Assembly: GCA_964457525.1 (NCBI GenBank)
Contig: CAYWGS010000105.1
Coordinates: 1-5,366, forward strand
Length of the DNA stretch: 5,366 nt
Direction of reading: 5' to 3'
Origin: an uncultured Erysipelotrichaceae bacterium
GTDB lineage: Bacteria; Bacillota_I; Bacilli_A; Erysipelotrichales; Erysipelotrichaceae
Below, piece after piece: positions 1-5,366 of this stretch. How positions within the stretch are numbered: position 1 is the first letter of the stretch; each line of letters opens with the position of its first letter. Position numbers and translations under genes: made by a program. The notes under the pieces were generated by a model. It did not search any database. It was not told the DNA's origin and worked only from the letters and a program-made list of their open reading frames with translations.

Positions 1-57
1 TGGACCTTTTCATTTGTCTTCTATTCAAAGCTGTTTATTCGTTACAGCCTCTTTTGT

Positions 58-1221
58 TTATTCAAAGCGTAATGCTTCAACAGGTTCAAGTTTACTTGCG
101 GTGTACGCTGGATAGATTCCGAATATTACACCAATGGTAAGTGAGAAGACTAGTGATAACATCACCGCATCTAAGCCTAAGATGACATTGAAGTCTGTGA
201 GATAAGTGATGAGTACAGTACCTAAGTAACTTACGAGTAATCCAAGACCTCCACCGAGTGTTGTGATAATAATAGCTTCAATTAAGAATTGAGCTAAGAT
301 TTGAGATTGTCGAGCACCCAGTGCTTTGCGTATCCCAATTTCTTTTGTACGTTCACGTACCGTAACAAGCATGATATTCATAATCCCAATCCCACCAACA
401 ATGAGTGAAATCGATGCGATTCCAGATAAAAGGGTCGTAAGTAGGGACATGAGTGTATCTAAAACACCTAAGATTTGTGTTTGTGAGAAGGCACGATAAC
501 TGCTGGTAGATGGCATAATCGTCTCTAAGTATGTGAGAACTCGATTAAGGGTAAAGTCTACATTATCTTCTGATGCGGCTTCAATGTAGAAGGTTTTACT
601 AATACTACCAAATCCACTCATACGTGCAGCATAACGAATTGGAATATAAACCATCATATCGTTATCACCACTGAAGTTGGTTCCTCTTTCCTCTGCGATA
701 CCTACAATTGTGAATGGCATGCCTTTGATAATAAGGGTATTGCCAATAACTTCTTGGTTAGGGAATAAAAGGGAAGGGATTTTTGATCCAACGACGACTA
801 CAGGCGTATCATAATTTAAGTCAAATTCTGAGAGGAATCGTCCTTGACTCATATCTAAACGATTGATACTTGCGTACTTATCGTTGACGCCACTGATGGA
901 TACATTCACATCTTGTCCTTCTACAACATAAACGGCAGAAGAGGAGATCAGTTGTGAATAGTCTTTAATGAGCGCTGCTTCTTGAATATCATCTAACCAA
1001 TCATTTGGAAGATTTCCTTGGCGATCGGTTACGTTAACAAAAATAAGATTGGATCCAATACCACGAATTTGATTCGCCGCTTCTTCTCTAGCACTATTGC
1101 CGAGTGACATGAGTAGGATAACGGATGCGACCCCGATAATAACACCAAGGGTTGTGAGTAAAGCGCGGATTTTATGAGCAAGTACGGATCGAAGGGCAAT
1201 CGCAAAATATTCTTTAATCAT
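58..1221 (-). CDS. MacB/FtsX-family ABC transporter permease
   Basis: The N-terminus (MIKEYFAIALRSVLAHKIRALLTTLGVIIGVASVILLMSLG) is the classic MacB/YknZ TM1 signature. It is followed by an extracytoplasmic domain of about 220 aa. The C-terminus has the FtsX motif block (GGIGIMNIMLVTVRERTKEIGIRKALGA, then two more TM helices). The ORF track starts at 1239, but I prefer the ATG at 1221. That start has a GAAGGG Shine-Dalgarno about 6 nt upstream and the same ATGATTAA stop/start overlap as the upstream junction. It also gives an N-terminal length like B. subtilis YknZ. Confidence 0.9.
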   Translation of the reverse strand: MIKEYFAIALRSVLAHKIRALLTTLGVIIGVASVILLMSLGNSAREEAANQIRGIGSNLIFVNVTDRQGNLPNDWLDDIQEAALIKDYSQLISSSAVYVVEGQDVNVSISGVNDKYASINRLDMSQGRFLSEFDLNYDTPVVVVGSKIPSLLFPNQEVIGNTLIIKGMPFTIVGIAEERGTNFSGDNDMMVYIPIRYAARMSGFGSISKTFYIEAASEDNVDFTLNRVLTYLETIMPSTSSYRAFSQTQILGVLDTLMSLLTTLLSGIASISLIVGGIGIMNIMLVTVRERTKEIGIRKALGARQSQILAQFLIEAIIITTLGGGLGLLVSYLGTVLITYLTDFNVILGLDAVMLSLVFSLTIGVIFGIYPAYTASKLEPVEALRFE

Positions 1222-1900
1222 GGTGATCCCTTCTTTCATCGCTCACAACAACACCATCTCTTAAGGTAATAATCCGATTTGTTGTTTGAGCAACATCCGG
1301 ATCATGAGTAATGATGATAACGGTTTTACCGTCTTGGTTAAGCTTTTTGAGTTGATTGAGGACTTCAATTCCAGTATTGGTATCCAGTGCACCGGTGGGT
1401 TCATCGGCTAAGATAATCGCTGGATTATTTGCAAGTGCACGTGCGATTGAAACACGTTGTTGTTGACCACCGGAAAGTTCAGTGGGTTTATGGCCTGTTC
1501 GATCGCTTAAACCGACGAGAGAGAGTAATGCATGTGCTTTCTCTTCTCTTTCTTTTTTATGAACTTTTGCGTAGGTCATGGGCATCATGACGTTTTCAAG
1601 TGCGCTGAAGTTATTTAATAAGTTAAATTGTTGGAAGACGAATCCTATTTGTTGGTTACGGATATCGGCTAGTTCATCTTTATCATAATCTTGGATGGGA
1701 ATACGATTGAGTTCGTAATAGCCACTACTTACGACGTCTAAACAGCCGATGATGTTCATGAGGGTGGATTTACCACTTCCAGAAGGACCAACAATGGCGA
1801 CGAATTCACCTTCATCAATATGGATGTCAATACCGTTAAGAGCCATAACGATATTGTCGCCCATCACATATTTTTTGGTTACATTTTCTAATTTAATCAT
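1214..1900 (-). CDS. ABC transporter ATP-binding protein, MacB/LolD-type
   Basis: 228 aa. Motifs present: Walker A GPSGSGKST, Q-loop FVFQQFNLL, ABC signature LSGGQQQR, Walker B AIILADEPTGALD, H-loop IIITHD. The start overlaps the adaptor stop by 8 nt (ATGATTAA). Confidence 0.95.
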   Translation of the reverse strand: MIKLENVTKKYVMGDNIVMALNGIDIHIDEGEFVAIVGPSGSGKSTLMNIIGCLDVVSSGYYELNRIPIQDYDKDELADIRNQQIGFVFQQFNLLNNFSALENVMMPMTYAKVHKKEREEKAHALLSLVGLSDRTGHKPTELSGGQQQRVSIARALANNPAIILADEPTGALDTNTGIEVLNQLKKLNQDGKTVIIITHDPDVAQTTNRIITLRDGVVVSDERRDHHD

Positions 1901-3227
1901 TGTTCGTGAAGACTGGGAAAAGGGAGGACTCTTCGATAATTACGATTTCTTTTCCTTCAAGATTATCACCAATAACCTCAACATTGAAGGCGTCCGCTAT
2001 TCCAGTTTCGATTGGGATATAGTAATCGGATTGTTTGGCTCTTGTATTTTTTAGCCATTCTGCAGAAATTAAATAACGTTGTGTATTTTCGTTTACAATT
2101 GCTTCAAATGGTACGACAAGAATGTTTGATTTTGTTTCAGTCACAATCTTTGCGCTTGCGCTCATTCCAATGAATAAAGGCGCATCTTCTCCATCAAAAT
2201 CGATGGTGACAGGGTAGGTCGTATAGTCTAAATTGGTATTACCGACAAGTCCAATATGCGATACCGTTCCGGCAAAACTACGTTCAACCGCTTCGACATA
2301 GACTTCTGCAGTTTGACCTAATTCAATCTTATGAATGTCCGTTTCAGTAATATTGATCACAAGCTTTAAGGATTCTGGATTGGATACGACAAATTCAGGG
2401 CTAACACTGGATGCGACAGCTGTCACAACCCCATCACGTGTTGCGTACACTTTAGTGTTTGCTTGCATGTTGGTTTGATATTCACCTAACTTTTGACCTT
2501 TGGTAACTGAATCACCCACTTTTACATTGAGTTGAGTAACAGTACCATCGAGGTCAAGTTTTGTTTCATTGGAGGCTTCGATTTTACCATTCACATAGTA
2601 ATCACCATAACCATCCACAAACATCTTACTTACTGCACTCATTCCTACAAGTGCAGCTTGATTTTGTCCTTCAAAAGTTATCACAACAGGATAAGTCGTA
2701 TTTACACCGATGGTTGTGCCTACTTTAGAAATACTGGATACAGATCCATAGAATGTAACATCAATTGCAGATACATAAACTTCTGCATATTGATAGAGTT
2801 GAATCTTATTGATTTGAGTTTCAGGTACACTAATCTGCATCTTGAATTGAGATGAATTAGAGATGGCAAGTTGTGTTCCAAGTTGAAGAGGGATTGAAGT
2901 CACAACGCCTGTTATTGGCGCAATGATATCTGACGTACTACTGGTTTTTGTATATTCGCCTAATACATCACCTTTCTTCACCACATCACCTAAGCTGACA
3001 TTGACTTTGCTAACAGTTCCACTTAAACGGATATTATCCTGATCATTGGATGTAATTTTTCCAGTTGATAGAGATACTAGACTAATTTGATTGCGTGTAA
3101 TGGTTGTGGTTTTAATGTTATCCGCAACATTATTCTGATTGGATAGTACTGAGATACCAATAATTCCAACAAGTAACACAATTCCTAAAATCCATAACCA
3201 TTTTTTTGACTTCTTATTTTTTTTCAT
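1893..3227 (-). CDS. Membrane-fusion protein (HlyD/MacA/YknX-family efflux adaptor), internally duplicated and hairpin-less
   Basis: 444 aa. The N-terminus is Lys-rich with a single TM anchor (WLWILGIVLLVGIIGISVL) and no lipobox Cys. Lipoyl-type motifs occur twice: GTVSKVNVSLGDVVKKGDVLGEY...IIAPITGVVT and GTVTQLNVKVGDSVTKGQKLGEY...VYATRDGVVT. Each is followed by a beta-barrel-like segment. The C-terminus has an NILVVPFEAIV strand and a membrane-proximal domain (FNVEVIGDNLEGKEIVII). An AGGAG RBS lies 4 nt before the ATG at 3227. Confidence 0.88.
   Translation of the reverse strand: MKKNKKSKKWLWILGIVLLVGIIGISVLSNQNNVADNIKTTTITRNQISLVSLSTGKITSNDQDNIRLSGTVSKVNVSLGDVVKKGDVLGEYTKTSSTSDIIAPITGVVTSIPLQLGTQLAISNSSQFKMQISVPETQINKIQLYQYAEVYVSAIDVTFYGSVSSISKVGTTIGVNTTYPVVITFEGQNQAALVGMSAVSKMFVDGYGDYYVNGKIEASNETKLDLDGTVTQLNVKVGDSVTKGQKLGEYQTNMQANTKVYATRDGVVTAVASSVSPEFVVSNPESLKLVINITETDIHKIELGQTAEVYVEAVERSFAGTVSHIGLVGNTNLDYTTYPVTIDFDGEDAPLFIGMSASAKIVTETKSNILVVPFEAIVNENTQRYLISAEWLKNTRAKQSDYYIPIETGIADAFNVEVIGDNLEGKEIVIIEESSLFPVFTNND
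2139..3068 (-). repeat. Intragenic tandem duplication at protein level; two modules of about 150 aa (aa 54-204 and aa 212-363 of the adaptor)
   Basis: The two halves align by eye with an offset of 158-159 aa. Matching blocks: GK-I...GTV..-NV-.GD.V.KG..LGEY; GVVT; ..I...ET.I.KI.L.Q.AEVYV.A....F.G.VS.I..VG......TYPV.I.F.G......GMSA.AK. The DNA copies are strongly diverged, so the duplication is old, not recent. Confidence 0.8.
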
Positions 3228-3666
3228 AATTCTCCTGGTTGTCGAAATATTCGATCATTTTTTCAAGTATGCGATTAAAATTCTTACTGTCTTCTTCTCC
3301 TAAGTATTCAATGAGTGGATTGATGCCTTCCTCATAGAACTTAATGCCTTCTTCTAAGGTTTTTAATCCATATTTTGATAATTGAATTAAAGAACTACGC
3401 TTATCGATTTCTGATTTAACACGTTCGATATATCCTTGTTTCTCTAATAGGGTAATGAGTTGTGTTGCGGCATGTGCACTAAAGTGATAAGTCTCTTTTA
3501 TTCTACTAATTGGAATCGGACCCTTTAGTGTTAAGTGATGGATCATCATTAAGTGTTGATACGGGATATTTCGATCATCGACATAACGCTCAAAATAGCG
3601 TGCATCGATGGATCGTAATCGTCTAAGATTTAAAATAATGGAATCATAATGGATTGATTTTTTCAT
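3214..3666 (-). CDS. MarR-family winged-helix transcriptional regulator
   Basis: 150 aa. The winged HTH core is PISRIKETYHFSAHAATQLITLLEKQGYIERVKSEIDKRSSLIQLSKYG. An AAGGAAG RBS lies 5 nt upstream of the ATG at 3666. The stop overlaps the adaptor start by 14 nt. Confidence 0.85.
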   Translation of the reverse strand: MKKSIHYDSIILNLRRLRSIDARYFERYVDDRNIPYQHLMMIHHLTLKGPIPISRIKETYHFSAHAATQLITLLEKQGYIERVKSEIDKRSSLIQLSKYGLKTLEEGIKFYEEGINPLIEYLGEEDSKNFNRILEKMIEYFDNQENYEKK

Positions 3667-3677
3667 GGGCTTCCTTT

Positions 3678-4087
3678 CTAAGGTTGATTGTAGGTATTGA
3701 TTTTCTTCAATAGTGTGACAAATTGATTAACTTCTTCTTGATTTAATGCATTCATAAGTTCATTCATCTTATCTTTACTCTCTAAGAGTAGTTCATCCAG
3801 ACTCATTTTTAATTGAATGATGATTTGTCTACGATCTCGTTCATCCAAGATACGTTCAATACAACCTCGTTTTTCAAGTTGATTGAGAATAGGAGAGAGT
3901 GCTGATCGGGATAGCCGAGTTCATCACTGAGTTTTGATGGTAAGATGTGATTGTTTGATTGACATTGTTCCTTGTATAGAACGGTAAGAATCATAATCTC
4001 AGCTAAGCTTAGTTCATTCTTTTTGTGTTTTGGCTTGAACCAAAAAAGAAAGTGGTGCAGTTCTATTAACAATTCTTTGGCTATCAT
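3678..4087 (-). pseudogene. MarR-family regulator disrupted by a 1-nt frameshift; would be about 136 aa if repaired
   Basis: The listed 92-aa ORF (3809..4087) reads MarR-like up to ...LSLAEIMILTVLYKEQ...ILPSKLSDELG, then becomes non-homologous (YPDQHSLLFSINLK...). The adjacent frame is open from 3920 down to a TAG at 3678-3680. It reads LSRSALSPILNQLEKRGCIERILDERDRRQIIIQLKMSLDELLLLESKDKMNELMNALNQEEVNQFVTLLKKINTYNQP, which is the recognition helix, DRR wing and C-terminal helices of a MarR protein. The frames meet at about 3911-3920; GGC|CTA would be restored by adding one base near 3914. An AGGAG RBS precedes the ATG at 4087. Confidence 0.75.
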
Positions 4088-4131
4088 ATTTCTCCTTTTA
4101 GTTCATACGTTTGAATTATTAAACTATACAC

Positions 4132-4176
4132 ATTATAAGCACAGATTAGTTAATTTGCTTAAATTATGCTCATTAT
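4132..4176 (-). promoter_or_regulatory. Candidate promoter/operator region for the MarR-efflux operon
   Basis: On the minus strand there is a perfect TATAAT (plus 4132-4137) about 45 nt upstream of the ATG at 4087, but no convincing -35 at 16-18 bp. A short inverted repeat, TAATTT-N4-AAATTA (4161-4176), sits where a -35 or operator would lie. The region is very AT-rich, so both could be chance. Confidence 0.3.
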
Positions 4177-4182
4177 TATTCA

Positions 4183-4208
4183 ATAAAAAACACTTCATAT
4201 GAAGTGTT
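4183..4208 (-). terminator. Rho-independent terminator of mscL
   Basis: The minus strand directly after the double stop TAATAA reads AACACTTC-ATAT-GAAGTGTT, a perfect 8-bp stem with a 4-nt loop, followed by TTTTATT. The T-tract exists only in the minus orientation. Confidence 0.6.
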
Positions 4209-4214
4209 CATTTA

Positions 4215-4616
4215 TTACTTCTTGAGTGAATCTCGAATTTCTTTGAGTACCGATAATGTATCTTCTTGAGGTGCACTCACTTCTTCCTTTATTTCTTCTT
4301 TACGTTTGAACTGTGTTATCAGTTTAATGATAAAGTAGATGCTAATCGCAATGGCTAAGAAATCAATGGTGTTTTGTATGAAGTTTCCATAAAGTATCGC
4401 AACTTCAGTTTCAGTTTCGGTTGCGGCTTTTAGAATAATCTTTAAATCCGTAAAGTTAACACGTCCAGTGAGTGATGATAAGATTGGCATTAATATATCA
4501 TTGACCAAAGATGAGACAATCTTTCCGAATGCTCCCCCGATAATGACCCCAACTGCTAGATCAATTACATTGCCCTTAAAGGCAAATTGTTTAAAATCGT
4601 TTAAGTGTTTTTTCAT
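4215..4616 (-). CDS. mscL: Large-conductance mechanosensitive channel MscL
   Basis: 133 aa starting [44 protein letters not shown]. This is near-identical in pattern to E. coli MscL ([34 protein letters not shown]). It also has the [15 protein letters not shown] TM2 motif and a charged C-terminal helix. An AGGAG RBS lies 6 nt before the ATG at 4616. The track ORF (to 4808) over-extends by 64 codons. Confidence 0.95.
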   Translation of the reverse strand: [133 protein letters not shown]

Positions 4617-4634
4617 ATAAACTCCTTTTTTATC

Positions 4635-4663
4635 ATTATATGTAAGACTTGTGTTACTTACAA
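4635..4663 (-). promoter_or_regulatory. Sigma-A-type promoter of mscL
   Basis: The minus strand reads TTGTAA (plus 4658-4663), a 17-nt spacer, then TATAAT (plus 4635-4640). The -10 lies about 19 nt upstream of the ATG. Confidence 0.55.
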
Positions 4664-4665
4664 GT
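4641..4665. promoter_or_regulatory. Interleaved inverted repeats in the mscL promoter spacer (possible operator)
   Basis: TGTAAG (4641-4646) pairs with CTTACA (4657-4662), and ACTTGT (4647-4652) pairs with ACAAGT (4660-4665). Together they fill the spacer and the -35 of the mscL promoter. Confidence 0.3.
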
Positions 4666-4676
4666 TTTATAAACAA

Positions 4677-4703
4677 GTTGGTAAAAAAATGATAAACTAT
4701 AAT
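4677..4703 (+). promoter_or_regulatory. Candidate promoter for the plus-strand membrane gene
   Basis: A perfect TATAAT lies at 4698-4703, 18 nt before the ATG at 4721. The best -35-like hexamer is TTGGTA (4677-4682) at a suboptimal 15-nt spacing. Confidence 0.3.
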
Positions 4704-4720
4704 CATAAGTGGGGCTTTAT

Positions 4721-5366
4721 ATGAAATGGAATTACCTAGCTGAGCTTGTGTCCGTTTTCTACCTATCCATTCTAATTGTATATTCAAGACGCTATAAGCT
4801 TTATCCAAGTATGCGTAATTTGTATTTTGTGCGCATGTTGAGGCTTATCTTTTTAAATTTGATTGTTTCTCTCATTACTGTTTATTTTACACATGAGTAT
4901 CATTTGATTTCTGCTTCTCTAAATCTTGTGATTCATACAATCTTTTACCTAATTTATCCTTTGATCTCTGTTTTGTTTTTCTTATATACCTTATTTGTCA
5001 TTTATGAGGATTATGAATTCAAGATTAAGCGTATTCGAATGATTTCTTCGAGTGTGTATGCTATTTATTCTATTTGTGTTTTGTTAAACATGGTTTTTGG
5101 ATTTATGTTTAAGATTGATGAAGTAAATGGTTATGTTGCATATCCGCTTGAGGGATTAATTTTCTTGGTTGGTTATTTCTATATGATTTTGATGCTTGTG
5201 TCTATTTTTCTGAATCGTAAGAAGATTGATCCTTATTTACAATTGGTTTTATTGAGTTATTTTGTAATTACGACTGTGTTTATAACAATTCAATACTTTT
5301 ATCCTCAGTTTATCTTAGTTGGTACTGCGTCTGCTTTATCGATATTAATTATGTATCTTTATATAC
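4721..5366 (+). CDS. Polytopic integral membrane protein, 3' end outside the window (partial); function unknown, possibly the membrane sensor module of a signalling protein
   Basis: The frame has no stop from 4709 to the window end: 215 codons from the ATG at 4721, in AT-rich DNA. It is absent from the ORF track because it has no stop. The translation begins MKWNYLAELVSVFYLSILIVYSRRYKLYPSMRNLYFVRMLRLIFLNLIVSLITVYFTHEYH and ends FILVGTASALSILIMYLYI. It shows at least 7 hydrophobic helices separated by short basic loops (SRRYK, KIKRIR, NRKKID). A GGGG lies 6 nt upstream of the ATG as a weak RBS. The in-frame ATG at 4811 has no RBS. Confidence 0.75.
   Translation, partial: MKWNYLAELVSVFYLSILIVYSRRYKLYPSMRNLYFVRMLRLIFLNLIVSLITVYFTHEYHLISASLNLVIHTIFYLIYPLISVLFFLYTLFVIYEDYEFKIKRIRMISSSVYAIYSICVLLNMVFGFMFKIDEVNGYVAYPLEGLIFLVGYFYMILMLVSIFLNRKKIDPYLQLVLLSYFVITTVFITIQYFYPQFILVGTASALSILIMYLYI

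Noticed and set aside
30-48. Hairpin GCTGT-N9-ACAGC after the permease stop as the operon terminator
   Set aside because: The stem is only 5 bp with a 9-nt loop and a poor T-tract (TTTGAAT). That is too weak to call. A minus-strand ATG at 11-13 might start another gene, but only 4 codons are visible.
1222-1239. Upstream ATG (1239) as the permease start
   Set aside because: It has only a weak SD-like sequence and would create a 26-nt overlap. The ATG at 1221 has a GAAGGG SD and the recurring ATGATTAA junction. I cannot exclude 1239 without N-terminal data.
1749-2054. 101-aa plus-strand ORF
   Set aside because: It lies entirely antisense to the well-supported ATPase and adaptor genes. The translation is low-complexity, with no motifs, no RBS and no promoter context. 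It is an antisense artefact.
2532-2855. 107-aa plus-strand ORF
   Set aside because: It is antisense to the adaptor CDS. The product is Cys/His/Ile-rich and nonsensical, with no start context.
3809-3913. C-terminal third of the 92-aa ORF (YPDQHSLLFSINLKNEVVLNVSWMNEIVDKSSFN) as genuine protein
   Set aside because: It has no MarR-like features, whereas the adjacent frame over the same bases reads a textbook MarR recognition helix and wing. It is an out-of-frame read-through after the frameshift.
3972-4202. 76-aa plus-strand ORF
   Set aside because: It is antisense to the MarR pseudogene N-terminus and runs through that operon's promoter region and the mscL terminator. It has no RBS and the product is not protein-like.
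4617-4808. 64-codon N-terminal extension of the mscL ORF (track start 4808)
   Set aside because: MscL homology begins exactly at the internal Met at 4616, which has a strong AGGAG RBS. The extension covers the mscL promoter and overlaps the start of the divergent plus-strand gene.
1-5366. Search for CRISPR repeats, tRNA/rRNA, IS elements, integrases, toxin-antitoxin or defence genes
   Set aside because: I saw no direct-repeat arrays, no cloverleaf-like or rRNA-like segments, no terminal inverted repeats and no transposase or recombinase motifs in any frame. All long ORFs are accounted for by the efflux operon, mscL and the membrane protein.

Overview
AT-rich window, probably from a low-GC monoderm (Bacillota-like) bacterium; this is inferred from composition, AGGAG-type ribosome-binding sites and standard-code ORFs with TGG Trp. 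The minus strand carries one tightly packed efflux operon. It reads: a frameshifted MarR-family regulator (3678..4087), an intact MarR paralog (3214..3666), a membrane-fusion/HlyD-family adaptor (1893..3227), a MacB/LolD-type ABC ATPase (1214..1900) and a MacB/FtsX-type permease (58..1221). Upstream on the same strand is an independent mscL gene (4215..4616) with its own sigma-A-like promoter and intrinsic terminator. On the plus strand an open frame missing from the ORF track starts at 4721 and runs off the window end; it encodes a polytopic membrane protein. I see no RNA genes, CRISPR array, transposase, integrase or long DNA repeats. I cannot support a wholly new system: the locus looks like a YknXYZ/MacAB-style, MarR-controlled efflux cassette beside housekeeping membrane genes. 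The most unusual points are these. (1) The adaptor is an internal tandem duplication of a complete lipoyl plus beta-barrel module, and both copies lack the alpha-helical hairpin. (2) The first of the two MarR genes is split by a 1-nt frameshift. (3) Both downstream gene junctions use the identical 8-nt ATGATTAA overlap. (4) The plus-strand membrane gene is unlisted. All functional calls come from by-eye motif recognition in the translations; no database search was run.
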